From assembly GCA_035221665.1 (NCBI GenBank), contig CM069156.1:36022001-36086000 (forward strand): a DNA stretch of 64,000 nt, in the 5' to 3' direction. Below the pieces are notes generated by a model. It searched no databases, was not told the DNA's origin, and saw only the letters and a program-made list of their open reading frames with translations. The position numbers were made by a program, and so were the translations under genes. Below, piece after piece: positions 12,608-26,321 of this stretch (position 1 is its first letter; every line of letters begins with the position of its first letter). The stretch comes from Okamejei kenojei (Eukaryota).

Positions 12608-15166
12608 CACAGACACCACCATCATTGAGAGTCACTGCTCAGCCAACCTTGAGTTCCTCTTGGTTAAATGCAGACCGTTCTATCTGTCCAGAGAGTTTAC
12701 CTCCACTGTTGTGACTGCAGCCTGTATCCCTCCTGATGCTAATGCCAAGCTTGCAATGAAAGAACTGCATATTGCCATTAGCAAACAACTGACCCTCAAT
12801 CCAGACGCAGCCTTCATTGTTGCGGGTGACTTCAATCACTCCAACCTGAAGACTGTACTCCCCAAATTCCACCAACATGTCTCCTTTGCCACTAGAGAGG
12901 ACAAGACACTGGACAAAGTCTACACCAACATGGCTGAAGCGTACAAAGCCATCCCCCTCCCCCACCTTGGTCAGTCTGATCACTTATCATTGTTCCTGCT
13001 CCCTAAGTACTCCCCACTCATCAGACGCGTTAAACCCACAGTGAGGACAGTCAAGGTTTGGTCAGATGAAGCGGACTCCACACTCCAGCAGCGTTTTGGT
13101 AACACTGACTGGGATGCATTTGCAGCTCAGGCCACCCTTGACTCCCACACTGACATTGACGCCTATACTTCCTCTGTTCTGGACTTCATCAACTCCTCCA
13201 TCAACAGTGTCACCACTCTCAAACAAATCACCACATACCTGAATCAGAAACCATGGATGAACAGCGAGGTCAGGCGACTGCTGAAAGCACGGGACTCGGC
13301 TTTCGGGTCAGGCGATGCCCGTGCCTATAGTTCATCGAGGGTCAATCTGAAGAGGGGCATCAAGAACGGCAAACACAGATACAAGCTGCGGATCGAGGAG
13401 CACTTCGACAGCAACTCCGACCCCCGACGCATGTGGCATGGCATCCAGGCCATCACTGACTACAGAGCCACCAACTCCACCCCCACTTCCAGCGACGCAT
13501 CCTTCCTCGAGGAACTCAATCACTTTTATGGCCACTTTGAAAGGGACAACCAAGAGTTGGCCATCAAGGCTGTGCTCCCCGATGGCCACCAGCCCCTCAC
13601 ACTCAGTAGTGGCACTGAGTAGGATCAATGTACGTAAGGCTGCCGGCCCTGACGGCATCCCCGGGCGTGTCCTCAGGACCTGTGCTGCACAGCTGACAGA
13701 CGTCTGGACTGACATCTTCAACCTGTCACTTGCCCAGGCAGTTGTCCCCACGTGCCTTAAAACTACCTCCATCGTGCCGGTGCCAAAACACTCCACTGCA
13801 GCGAGCCTCAACGACTTTTGCCCAGTTGCACTCACCCCTATCATCGCCAAGTGCTTTGAAAGGCTGGTCATGGCACACCTCAAATACTGCCTACCTCCCA
13901 CTCTGGACCCCTACCAGTTTGCATACCGCAAGAACAGGAGCACGGAGGATGCATCTCAACGGCACTCCACCCCGCCGTCTCCCACCTCGACAACAGAAAC
14001 ACTTATGTGAGAATGCTGTTCATCGACTACAGCTCAGCATTCAACACCATTATCCCCTCAAAATTGATCGCCAAACTCGATGACCTGGGCATCAACCCCT
14101 CCCTCTGCAATTGGTTACTGGACTTTGTAACCAACAGACCACAGTCTGTTAGGTTGGATAACCACTCCTCTCCTACGCTCACCCCGAACACTGGCGTACC
14201 CCAGGGCTGCGCGCTGAGCCCCCTCCTCTACTCCCTCTTCACCTACGACTGCATACCTGTACATGGTACCAACACCATCATCAAGTATGCAGATGACACG
14301 ACGGTGATTGGCCTCATCAGCGACAACGATGAGTCGGCCTACAGGGAGGAGGTTCAGCTCCTAACAGCATGGTGTGCCGACAATAACCTGGCCCTCAACT
14401 CCAAGAAGACCAAGGAGCTCATTGTGGACTTCAGGAGATCGAGAGGCTGCACGCACAACCCCATCCATATCAACGGGACAGAGGTGGAACGTGTCTCCAG
14501 CTTCAGGTTCCTGGGGGTCAACATCTCCGATGACCTCTCCTGGACCCACAAACACATCCTCGCTGATCAAGAAGGCTCACCAGCGTCTCTTCTTCCTGAG
14601 GAGACTTAAGAAGGTCCACCTGTCTCCCCAGATTCTGGTGAACTTCTACCGCTGCACCATCGAGAGCATCCTTACCAACTGCATCACAGTATGGTTTGGT
14701 AACTGCTCTGTCGCCGACCGGAAAGCTCTGCAGAGGGTGGTGAAGATCGCCCAACGCATCACAGGCTCCTCACTCCCCTCCATTGAGTCTGTCCATAGTA
14801 AACGATGCCTGCGCAGGGCGCACAGCATCGCCAGGGACAGCTCACACCCCAACCATAGACTGTTTACCCTCCTCCCATCCGGGAGACGCTACAGGTCCCT
14901 CCGCTGCCGGACCAGCAGGCTCAAGAACAGCTTCTTCCCTGCGGCTGTCACACTTCTCAACGCTGCACCTCAATGACTGCCTGTCTCCACCCCTCACCCC
15001 ACCCCGGACTATCCAATCACCAGCACATTGCACGGACACCACTGCACTTGTATATGTATTACTTGTTTATTCGTAAGCTCGCCCTTCGGAGAGACCAACT
15101 GCATTTCCTTGTCTCTGTATTGTACACTGCACAATGACAATTAAAGATTGAATTGAATTGAATTGA
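12608..15166 (+). mobile_element. 5'-truncated Rex1/Babar-clade non-LTR retrotransposon (APE C-terminal part plus RT, a few frameshifts)
   Basis: Motifs [47 protein letters not shown] and YADD across ORFs 12585-14976. (AATTG)n tail. Splits a minus-strand V-SINE. Confidence 0.9.
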
Positions 15167-15368
15167 CCTACAAGCCAGTCTGTCTTTGGGATGGGGGAGG
15201 AAACCGGAGCAGCCGGAGAAAACCCACGCGGGTCACGGGGAGAACGTACAAACTCCGTACAGACAGCAACTCTACCGCCGCGCCACGGGGCCAGCCCTAG
15301 TTTAGTAGCCACAAAGTTACTTTTACTGTGTGTTTATATATTTTAAGTTCTTCTCCTTTCTGTCACAG

Positions 15369-15445
15369 ACTCAACAAAGTGTAAAACCTCTCCGAGAAAT
15401 ACTTTGAAATTGCGATTTGAGAAACTCCAGCAGAGCTCAAACCCA
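15369..15445 (+). CDS. RAP1GAP2: RAP1GAP2-like exon (DSTKCKTSPRNTLKLRFEKLQQSSNP)
   Basis: Polypyrimidine tract plus cacag| acceptor and |gtgagt donor, phase 1/0. Matches SPRSNLKFRFDKL. Confidence 0.85.
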
Positions 15446-15499
15446 GTGAGTATGGCACACTGGCATTGTTATATTATTTGCTATTATCGGTGTGACATA

Positions 15500-15897
15500 C
15501 AGCTCCACCACCCATTTCCCAGCACCCTTGGTTCAAGAACCTTTCCGGATTGCCCGTTTTGCCAGACCAGCCGAGGTCACGGCCTCCCGAGAGGAGTCCA
15601 ACGTTGCGGGAAGGGTCTGCCGATGGGCCGAGACGCCGGCCCGCAAAGCCGGACATGGGAACGGATCTGCCGGCTCCGGCCGGGCTGGAGTTCCAGAGCC
15701 CCGGACGCAGGGAGCAAATTCAACCGGCCGATCGGCCGCGGAAATCTTGATGAGGTTGAGATCCGCTGCCTTGCCCGATCTAGGCGCCATATTGTTTGGG
15801 GTACTTTTGGGTCGGGATTTTAAGGCGTTCTCTTAATTTAGTCAGGATTAACGGAGTTGCCGAACCACCAGTTGCTGGAAAATCGGTGGTGGACCTG
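15500..15897. mobile_element. Tc1/mariner(pogo)-type MITE, GC-rich (other copies at about 25741-26080 and 43543-43888)
   Basis: TA|CAG(C/G)TCCACCACC...GGTGGTGGACCTG|TA. The internal sequence is shared among three copies. Confidence 0.75.
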
Positions 15898-18264
15898 TAA
15901 TATGCTATCCAGTCAAATCATACTCGACAATAGTGCAATCAAGCCATAGACATGTGCAACAGTTAGTGCAAAGAGAACAATAACCGGAGTGCAGAATGCA
16001 GTGTTACAGCTGAAGAGAAAATGCAGGTTTAAAAAAATTGCCAGGGCTGCATTGAGGTAGGCTGGAAGATAGGGGATATATCAACTTGTCAGATGTTGGT
16101 TTCAGTTTTTAGTTTTAGTATTAGAGACTATCCAGTGTGGAAACGAGCCCTTTTCCCCGCCAAGCCTGCACCAACTAGCTATCTCCACACATTATCACCA
16201 TCCTGCACTCGCTGGGGACAATTTACATTTACACCGAGCCAATTAACCTGCACACCTGTGCGTCTTTGGAGTGTGGGAGGAAACCGAAGATCTTGGAGAA
16301 AACTCACGGGGAGAACGTACAAACTCCGTACAGACAGCACCCGTAGTCAGGATCGAACCTGAGTCTCTGGCGGTCTAAGACGGCCTCTCTACCGCTGCGC
16401 CACCGAGCCGCGCTGTGCCCCGTACAACAGCAGGGAAGATGATGTCCCTGAACGTGGTGGTGCATGTTTTCAAGAATTTGTACCCTCTGCCCGATGGATG
16501 GGGGGGAGAAGAGGGAATGGCCGAGTTGTGAAAGGACCTCCGTCATGGGGACACAAGGAACTGCAGATGCTGGTTTACAAAAAAAAGACACAAAGTGCTG
16601 GAGTAACTTCAGGCAGCATCGCTGGAGAACATGGATAGGCGACGTTTCAGGTGGGGAACCTTATTCCTACTGATTGGGTCAGGGGGAAGTGGAAAAGCTG
16701 GAAAAGGGATGGGGGCAGGACAAAGCCTGGCGAGTGATAGGTGGATACAGGTGAGTGAAGTTGTTGATAGGTGGATAGTTGGGCAAAGACCAGAGATAAA
16801 ACGTGTGAGATCAGAATAGAAGAGGTGGGAATTGTGAAGCCAGAGGAAAGAATTTAGGTGGAAGCGGGTGGGAGGAAGGGGAAAAGTTAGTGTAAATCAA
16901 GATGGGACACAGGGAAGAGATCGGGGGGGAAAGGGGGCAGTGGTAAGGGGGGTTTGTTTGTAGGTTAGTTACCTAAAATTGGCGAATTCAATGTTCATAC
17001 CACAGATAGACTCAAAACGCTGGAGCAACTCAGCAGGTCAGGCAGCATCTCTGGAGAAAAGGAATAGGTGTGGTGAGTCTCTGGAACTCTCTGCCACAGA
17101 GGGTAGTTGAGGCCAGTTCATTGGCTATATTTAAGAGTGAGTTGGATGTGGCCCTTGTGGCTAAGGGGATCAGAGGGTATGGAGAGAAGGCAGGTACGGG
17201 ATACTGAGTTGGATGATCAGCCATGATCATATTGAATGGCGGTGCAGGCTCGAAGGGCTGAATGGCCTACTCCTGCACCTAATTTCTATGTTTCTATGTT
17301 TCTATGTAGAAAAGGAATAGGTGACATTTCGGGTTGAAGCCCTTCTTCAGACTGAATAATGGAGGTGGTCAGGGGAAGGAAGGCCAGAACAGATATGCTC
17401 AGCCCGCCTTGGCCTACGCGATCTCCCGGTTGCCGAACATTTTAATTCGGCAATTTTCTGTCCTGGGCCTCCTCCATTGTCAGAGCAATTCCGCTCAAAT
17501 TGGACGAACAGCACCTGCTATTTGGCTAATATGGAAGGAGCGCAGGGGTTACTTGAAGTGAGAGAAATCAACCTTCATACCACTGGGGTGTGAGCTGCCC
17601 AAGCAAAGTATGAGGCGCTGCTCCTCTCATTTGCGCCGGGCCTCACGCTGACAGTGGAGGAGGCCCAGGACAGATAGGTCAGTGTGGGAATGGGAAGGGG
17701 AGTTAAAGTGTTGGGCAACCAGGAGATCGTGTAGGCCCAGGCCAGAGATGCTTCCTGACCCGCTGAGGTACTCCAGCTTTAGTGTCCCTCTTTGATGTAA
17801 ACCTGCATCGGCAGTTCCTTCTGACACATTTAACCTGCACTCTTAGATCCCTCTGATCTACAACTCTGGCCAGAGCCCTGCTATTCGCGGTATAGGTCCT
17901 GCCCTGGTTAGATTTGCCCAGGACAGAAAGGTTCGTATGGGAATGGAAAGGGGAGTTAAAATTGTTACCAACCAGGTGATCGGGAAGACCTTGTCATCTA
18001 CTGCTGGTCCCAATGTGGTCTCCTTTACGACCAAGCGTAGACTGGGTGACCATTTTGCTGAACACTTGTGCTCGGTCCACCAAGGCCTGCTGGATCTCCC
18101 CGTTGTTAACCATTTTAACTCCCTTTCCCATTCCCTCAGGAATGTGCTGACAATTCATTGGATAATTTATTCAAAGTTTGGGAGGCTCCAACTTAATTCA
18201 AGAACTAGGACATGTCCACAATAAACTCAGGGACAGTGGGCTATATGAATATGGACAGGAAACA

Positions 18265-18955
18265 GTCTATGAAAGTAAGCATGCAGGTACAGCAGGCAGT
18301 GAAGAAAGCGAAAGGCATGTTGGCCTTTATAACAAGAGGAGTCGGGTATAGGAGCAAGGAGGTCCTTCTGCAGTTGTACAGGGTCCTAGTGAGACCACAT
18401 CTGGAGTATTGTGTGCAGTTTTGGTCCCCTATTTTGAGGAAGGAAATTCTTGCTATTGAGGGAGTGCAGCGTAGGTTTACAAGGTTAATTCCTGTGAAAG
18501 CACGACTGTCATATGCTGAGAGAATGGAGCGGCTGGGCTTGTACACTCTGTAGTTTAGAAGGATGAGAGGTTATCTTATTGAAAGATCTAAGATTGTTAA
18601 GGGTTTGGACACGCTAGAGGCAGGAAACATGTTCCCGATGTTGGGGGAGTCCAGAACCAGGGGCCACAGTTTAAGAATAAGGGGTAAGCCATTTGGAACA
18701 TAGATGAGGAAACACATTTCCTCACAGAGAGTTGTGAGTCTGTGGAATTCTCTGCCTCAGAGGGCGGTGGAGGCAGGTTCTCTGGATACTTTCAAGAGAG
18801 AGATAGATAGGGCTCTTAAAAATAGCGGAGTCAGGGGATATGGGGAGAAGGCAGGAACGGGGATTATCAGCCATGATCACATTGAATGGCGGTGCTGGCT
18901 CGAAGGGCCGAATGGCCTACTCCTGCACCTATTGTCTATTGTCTATTGTCTGTTG
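18265..18955 (+). mobile_element. CR1 LINE 3' fragment
   Basis: VRPHLEYCVQFWSP, RTRGH and VVSLWNSLP motifs. (TATTGTC)n tail. Confidence 0.88.
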
Positions 18956-19102
18956 TCTAAGGCAGAGCATTGCGAGTGTGGTCACTATTCTATGCTGTCT
19001 CTCTAAACTAAACTAAATGGGCATTTGTCTCTCAACTCTCCTGTGTCGAGCAGTCATGGAGGGCGGTTTGGACTGAAAACCTGTTCTTTGTTCTTGTCGC
19101 AG

Positions 19103-19135
19103 ATGCTGGGACCTTACCCTTCACCGCAGATGTAA
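19103..19135 (+). CDS. RAP1GAP2: Probable terminal coding exon of RAP1GAP2-like (MLGPYPSPQM*), followed by unique 3'UTR-like sequence
   Basis: ttctttgttcttgtcgcag| acceptor in phase 0, compatible with the previous exon. TAA at 19133-19135 is followed by ~800 bp of non-repeat sequence. No homology support. Confidence 0.5.
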   Translation: MLGPYPSPQM

Positions 19136-21005
19136 CTGAAGCCGGCACAGACACTCAAGCGCCCCACCCCCACCCACATCGTACGCCGCACCCACCCCTC
19201 CCGTATCTGAGGCACCCCAGGGTGGAGGGAGATAGTCGGGACGACGGGCCTCAGGGGTGCCCTTGCAGGGGTTCTAGTTGCCCTGGCCCTTCGCCTGCAG
19301 AGCGAAAACCATCTCAACGCCTCTTTTGGGGGCGTGTTGATCCATCGGCATCGGCACCTTGCAAGACGTACGAGTAGAGGATAGCACTGGATGTGTGGCC
19401 TGGGTCGCCATCAATCTTTCCGACGCTTCCCTTGGCTTTCTTGTAACCTTCTGGGATCCACGTTTTCTTTTTGGGGAACTTGGGACTGCACGGATTTCCT
19501 TCTCGGAGTCCGGAGAGGGGCCGGCAATACGGACGCTCCGATGGGATGGATCTTGAAGCGTCTCGAATGGCGAGCGATTTGCGAGAAGCTCCGTGGGGGG
19601 GGGGGGGGGGCTCGTCAATGTGGAGACGCCAGAGGCTGCCCGCGTTCCCTTCCCTCCCTCCCTCCCTCGCTTCCTCTCCCCGACTGGAGGGGCAGCCCCC
19701 TCCCCACAATCCCAGGGGATGTAGCATGAGCCTCAACCTTGCGCTGTCATCTTCCAGCTGCCATAATCGTCCGCACTGCCGATTAACGAGGACCAGCCGT
19801 GTGTCTCGCGTGTCCGCCCGCTTAATGTGTTCATTGTGCAAAGGAGAATCTGCCCTCGTCAGCCTTGGGCCGCGGCTTTGCTTTGCAAATTCCAGTAAAA
19901 CATTCATCACCAGAATGGTCCAACAGGGTTCATCTCCGAACATTCTGAGTGAGAGGATTGTATCAGCTCATCAGATGATCGTTTCTTGATTAGTGCGGGT
20001 GTCAGAGGTTACGGGGAGAAGGCAGGAGAATGGGGTTAGGAGGGAGTGATAGATCAGCCATGATTGAATGGCAGAATGGACTCGATGGGCCGAATGGCCT
20101 AATTCTACTCCTATCACTTATGGCCCTTATGACCTTCACGTGCACCTTCTTCCTGCTCTGAAGAAAGGTCCCAACCAGAAACTCCAGAATTAAAGGGCGC
20201 TCTTTTAGAAAGGAGGTGAGGAGGAACTTCTTTAGTCAGAGGGTGGTGAATCTGTGGAACTCATTGCCACAGAGGGCTGTGGAGGCCGTCAGCAGATATG
20301 TTTAAGGCAGAGATAGACAAATTGTGTAGGAAAGAACTGCAGATGCTGGTTTAAATCGAAAGATGGACACAAAATGCTGGAGTAGCTCAGCAGGACAGGC
20401 AGCATCTCTGGGGAGAAGGAATGGGTGACGTTCCATCGCCCACTCCGTCTCTCCAGAGATGCTGCCCGTCCCGCTGAGTTACTCCAGCTTTTTGTGTCTA
20501 CCTTCAGTTCCTCCTAACACAAATTCTTGATTAAAACAGGTGTCTAGGATTATGGGGAGAAGGCAGGAAAATGGGATTAGGAGGCAGAGATCTGCCATGA
20601 TTGAATGGTGGAGTAGACTCGATGGGCCGATTGGCCTAATTCTACTCCTCTAGCTTGTGAACTTATGAAACATCACCTATTTCCTTTCCCCAGGGCTTCC
20701 TTTCCTCATTCCAAAGATGCTGCCTGACCCGCCGACATACTCCAGCACCTTGTGTCTATCACAGGACAGAACAGTACAGGAACAGGCCCTTCGGCCCACA
20801 AACCCCGTGCTGACCATGCAGACACTGAGTTACTCCAGCACTTTGTAACTGCAGTTCTTTGTTTCTGCCTCTTCCTGGTCGATTGGGGCCTTTGGTTTTG
20901 GAGGTTTGGCTGAGATAAGCCACTGTATTACCAAAGGCTAGGCATTGCCTTCTGATAATGGCTGCCTACCCTCCAACTTAGCAACTGCAATCAACATGTC
21001 CAGAC

Positions 21006-21403
21006 CAAAGACCCTACAGCTATAAGATAGACCACTCCTGCTAAATGAAATGGGCTGACGTGTAGTACGCAACGGAGCGGAACGTGGGCCTTTTTTTCAT
21101 CCATTTTAGTAACCCGACCCGACCCGCAGTGTAATCAACGTTGCGGGGGAACAGTTTGTGTTAATAAATTATAATTCTGAAAATGAAGAGGAGATTTTTA
21201 CCAAAGAACTTTTATTTTTACGAGGATGTTTCCGTAACCGGCTTCCGTCTCCGCACTAGTTATCTTTGCTCCGCTACGGGATCTTTGGTGCGGAGACGGA
21301 AGCCGGTTACGGAAATGGGGCCGAAAGTTACCCGTGAATCTGCCCATGACCGTACTACGTCCTCCTCGTCGAGTGGACTATCCTGCTCGCTGTAGGATCT
21401 TTG
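21006..21403. mobile_element. MITE with CAAAG-start TIRs (P/hAT-like) and an internal 28-bp perfect inverted repeat
   Basis: ~32-bp imperfect TIRs CAAAGA.CCTACAGC....GATAG.CCACTC. 8-bp TSD gtccagac/atccagac. Confidence 0.75.
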
Positions 21404-22044
21404 ATCCAGACCTCTTGCCTACTGCTCACACGCCAATCAGTGCTGTCCTGTTGTAAGTTGACATGAGGAACTGCAGATGCTGGTTTACAAAAGAAAAAAA
21501 ACTGAATATGCTGGAGGAAAGTTTAAAGGAGATGTATGGAGTAGTTGTTTTTTCACAGAGGTTGGTGAGTGTCGGAAACACATTGCCAGGGGGCGGTGGT
21601 GGAGGCAGATACAGTAGTGGCGTTTAAGAGGCTTTTGGGTATGCAAGGAATAACGGTTAGGAAGGAAATGCAGATGCTGGTTGACATCGAAGATAGACAC
21701 AAAATGCTGGAGTAACTCAGCGGGACAGGCAGCATCTCTGGAGAGAAGGAATGGGTGACGTTTCGGGTTGGGTCGAAAGGTCAGTGTACAATGTTTGGCA
21801 ACCAGGTGATCCCATAGCCCATGACGGTCTGAGTGTATTTGTTCTGGCCTCCCCCCCCCCTCCACACCCCCCCCCCCCCCCCCCCCCCACCAACAACACA
21901 CCTCCCAACCCAATTTGAAGAAGGGTTCTGCCCTAAAACGTCACCCATTCCTTCTATCCAGAGATGCTGCCTGGCCCGCTGAGTTACTCCAGCATTTTGT
22001 GTCTATCTTCGGTGTCAACCAGCATCTGCAGTTCCTTCTGGATT

Positions 22045-23790
22045 TAGTGCTGTCCAATGAACCAGATTTAATAAGGGAACTCAAGGTAAAGGAACCGCTT
22101 GGAGGTAGTGACCATAATATGGTGTTTTAATCTGCAATTTGAGATGGATAAGGAAGACACAAACAAACTCCCAGGTGTACTAGAGGACAGAGGATCTAGG
22201 GAGACAGAGGAACTGAAAGAAAGTTGCATTAGGCAAGAAATAGTATTGGATAGACTGATGGGACTGAAGGCTGATAAATCCCCAGGGCCTGATAGTCTGC
22301 ATCCCAGGGAGGTGGCTCCAGACATTGTGGACGCATTGGTGATCATTTTCCAATGTTCTATAGATTCAGGATCAGTTCCTGTGGATTGGAGGGTAGCTAG
22401 GAGAAAGGAGCGAGAGAGAAAATGGGGATTTATAGACCAGTTAGCCTGACATCGGTGGTGGGGAACATGCTGGATTCAATTATTAAGGAAGTAATTATGG
22501 CACATTTAGATAGCAGTAAAAGGATTGGCCCAAGTCAGCATGGATCTATGAAGGGGAAATCTGCGTGACCAATCTTCTGGAATGTTTTGAGGATGTGACT
22601 AGTAAAATGGATGAAGGCGAGCCAGTGTATCTGGACTTTCAGAAAGCCTTTGATAAGGTCCCACACAGGAGATTAGTGAGCAAAATTAGAGCACATGGTA
22701 TTGGGGGTAGAGTGTTGACATGGACAGAAGATTGGTTGGCAGACAGGAAGCAAAGAGTAGGGATTAACAGGTCACTGTCAGAATGGCAGGCAGTGGCGAG
22801 TGGAGTGCCGCAAGGCTCGGTGCTGGGGCCAAACTATTTACAATATATATTAATGATTTAGATGATGGAATTAAAAGTAACACTAGCAAATTTGCAGATG
22901 ACACAAAGCTGGGGGGCAGTGTGAACTGCAAAGAGGATGCTAGGAGGTTGCAGGGTGACTTGGACAGGTTGAGTGAGTGGGCAGATGCAGTATAATGTAG
23001 ATAAATGTGAGGTTATCCACTTTGGCGGCAAGAACAGGGAGGCAGATTATTATCTCAATGGTGTCAGATAAGTAGAAAGGGAAATGCAACAACACCTGGG
23101 TGTCCTTGTACACCAGTCACTGAAAGTAAACATGCAGGTACAGCAGGCAGAGAAGAAAGCTAACGAGAGGGTTTGAGTATGGGATTTGAGTATAGGAGTA
23201 AAGAGGTCCTTCTGTAGTTGTACAGGGCCCTGGTGAGACCACATGTTGTGTGCAGGTTAGGTCTGCTAATTTGAGGAAGGACATCCTTGCTATTGTGGCA
23301 GTGCAACGTAGGTTCACGAGGTTAATCCCCGGGATGGCGGGACTGTCATATGAGGAAAGATTGGAAAGACTGGGCTTGTATTCACTGGAATTTAGGATGA
23401 GAGGGGATCTTATAGAAAGGTATCAAATTATAAAAGGACTGGACAAATTAGATGCAGGAAAAATGTTCTCAATGTTGGGGGAGTCCGGAACCAGGGGCCA
23501 CAGTCTAAGAATAAAGGGATGGCCATTTAAAACTGAGATGAGAAAAACCTTTTTCACCCAGAGAGTTGTCAATTTGTGAAATTCTCTGTCACTGAAGGCA
23601 GTAGAGGCCAGTTCAATGGATAAATTTAAAGGACAGTTAGATAGAGCTCCAGGGGCTAATGGAATCAAGTGATATGGGGAGTAGGCAGGAACGGGGTACT
23701 GATTGTGGATGATCAGCCATGATCACAATGAATGGCGGTGCTGGCTCGAAGGGCCAAATGGCCGCCCCCTGCACCGATTTTCTATGTTTC
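22045..23790 (+). mobile_element. CR1 LINE ORF2/RT fragment with 3'UTR
   Basis: [29 protein letters not shown] and FADDTKL motifs. CR1 3' tail ending (TTTCTATG)n. Confidence 0.9.
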
Positions 23791-25290
23791 TAAGTTTCCC
23801 GCACAGGTATAACCTGTTGTGGTTGTTTTAATGTAATTTAGAGTTACAGCCCTTCGACCCATCGAGTCCATGCCAACCACCCGTTCACCCTAGTTCTATG
23901 TTATCCCATTTTTTTCACCCACTCCCGATACACCAGGGGCAATTTATGGAGGCCAATTTACCTGCATACGTCTTTGGGATGTGGTAGGAAACCAGAGCAC
24001 CCGGAGAAAACCCACACGGTCAAAGGGAAAATGTGCAAACTCCACACAGACAGCACCCAAGTTCAGGATCGAACCTGGTCTCTGTCCTACAACTCCGCAC
24101 AATGTTTGAGATGTGTGGATGATGTTGGGAGTGTGCGGGTTTCAAACGGAGGTGACTGACTTACTGTATGCTTACTGTACTAATAATGGGTATAAAACCA
24201 TGAGAGGAATAGATCGGGTAGATGCACAGTGTCTCTTGCCCAGAGTAGGGGAATCGAGGACCAGACGTCATAAGCTGAAGGTGAAGGGGAACAGATTTAA
24301 TAGGAATCTGAGGAGTAACTTTTTCACACATAGGGTGGTGGGTGTATGGAACAAGCTGCCAGTGGAGGTAGTTGAGGCTGGGACTATCCCACATTAGACG
24401 GATATGGACCAAACGCAGGCAGGTGGGACTAGAGTAGCTGGGACATGTTGGCCGGTGTGGGCAAGTTGGGCCGAAGGGCCTGTTTCCACTGTATCAGTCT
24501 ACGCCAGCACACACGTCTTGCCCTCCCCTTCAACCGTGTACTCCTCAGCAATTTGCACCTTCATCCTGACCCAGTTGCCGTGCCAAGCTCGTGCCACGTG
24601 CCTGCGCCCGGCCCACGCCAACCTCTCCTGCCCATCCATTACTGTGCAACTGCGCGACTGTTTAGTTCTGCCTTATGTTTCGTGAAGCGGCTTGGGTCTC
24701 GTTCGCCAAGTTTAACGGCGTGATGTAGAAATAAAATGTGATTGTAGTTTCTCCTGCCGCGCGGACAAAGAGCCCCGCCATTTGGTAATTGTCCATTGTA
24801 ACATTTTAAATTTTTGTTATTTAGTTTACTCTCGCGCACGCACGCACACACACACACACATCAGGACGAGTGTTTAGGAGACGAGGGCCGTTCATGATCC
24901 TGCTGTAATGTGTTTTTGGGATGCCGAAGACTTGAGCCTCTGGCCCGGGCTAATATGGAGTGTGCAAGGCCGCTAGGTAAACGTACAGATAGATGTACAT
25001 CGCGAGTAGAACAGCTGTTAAGAAGCGGCTGTGCTTTACAAAGCTGCCTGATTGATCCACAGATGTAAATATTGTACAATTAATTTATTGCTACTTTGGC
25101 AAAATTAATTTTGTTGTGATGTAAAAACTGGAGGATCCGGACTTTCTTGTGTGTACATTCTGTTTGCTGCTGACTCATTTTTCTGTAGCACTGCACAGTA
25201 ATAAATGTATTTTGTGTCAAGACCGAATCAAACTGCAAATTGTGCGCATTGCCCGTGTGGGACGTGGGCTCGAGACTTGAGAAACAATTA

Positions 25291-25616
25291 AACCCCTGTC
25301 CCACGGTACGAGTTCATTCCAAGAGCTCTCCCGAGTTTGCCCTGATTTGAACTCGGAGATTTACGGTAATGGCCGCTCGTCGGTACTCGGGGCTCTCGTG
25401 GACATTTTTCATCATGTTGAAAAATCTTCACGCGTCTTACCGAATACCTGTCGTTAGCGAGTCTTCCCGAGTACCTGCCGTTCGCGTTACGAGCCGCTAA
25501 GAGACGTCCCCGAGCTCCGACATTCCCGCTGCGTACATTCTACGTGCTTACCACGAGTTTGATTTTTTTTTACTCAGGAGAGCACTTGAATGAACACGTA
25601 CCGTGGGACAGGGCTA
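25291..25616. mobile_element. PIF/Harbinger-type MITE (different internal family)
   Basis: TIR ..CCCTGTCCCACGGTACG and TSD TTA. Confidence 0.72.
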
Positions 25617-26321
25617 TTACCTGGATGTAGTTAGGACTCGACGGCCTGAGCTAGCGGGAGAGTTTGGGCTGGCTAGGACTTTATTCCTTGGAGCGCAGGG
25701 GGGGCTGAGGGGTGATCTTATCGAGGGGTACAAAACCATTAGGGGATTTTCCAGCACCTTTGGTTCCAGAGTCTTGCTGGATTATACGTTTTGCCGGATC
25801 AACAGAGGTCACGGGTTTGAGGGACCGAGCTACTGGCCCGCAAAATCGGCCTCGGAAGTCGGCTATGGGAAAGGATCTGCCGGCTCCGACCAGGTCGGAA
25901 TTCCAGAGCCCCGGCCACGGGTCAAATACAACCCGGCGATCGGCTGCTAAAGTCCCGATGAAGCCGAGATTGGCCCCCTCGCCCGGACTAGGGGCCACAT
26001 TTTCGGGGGGACCTCCATGTGGGGATTGTGTCTGGATTAATGGAAGGCCCATCCACCGGTGGTAATCGGTAGTGGACCTGGACAATTAATGGCAAGACCC
26101 TCAACAGTGTTGATGTACAGAGGGAGCTGGGAGTTTGAACCCATAGCTCTCTGACAGTGGTAACACATGTAGATAGGGTGGTAACGAAGGCTCCGTGCAT
26201 CAAGATATTGGCCACTGGGAGCTGGAGTAACTCAGCACGACAGGCAGCAACTCTGGAGAGAAGGAATGGCCGATGTTTCGGGTCGAGACCCTTCTTCAGA
26301 CTGATTAGGGATAAGGCAAAC

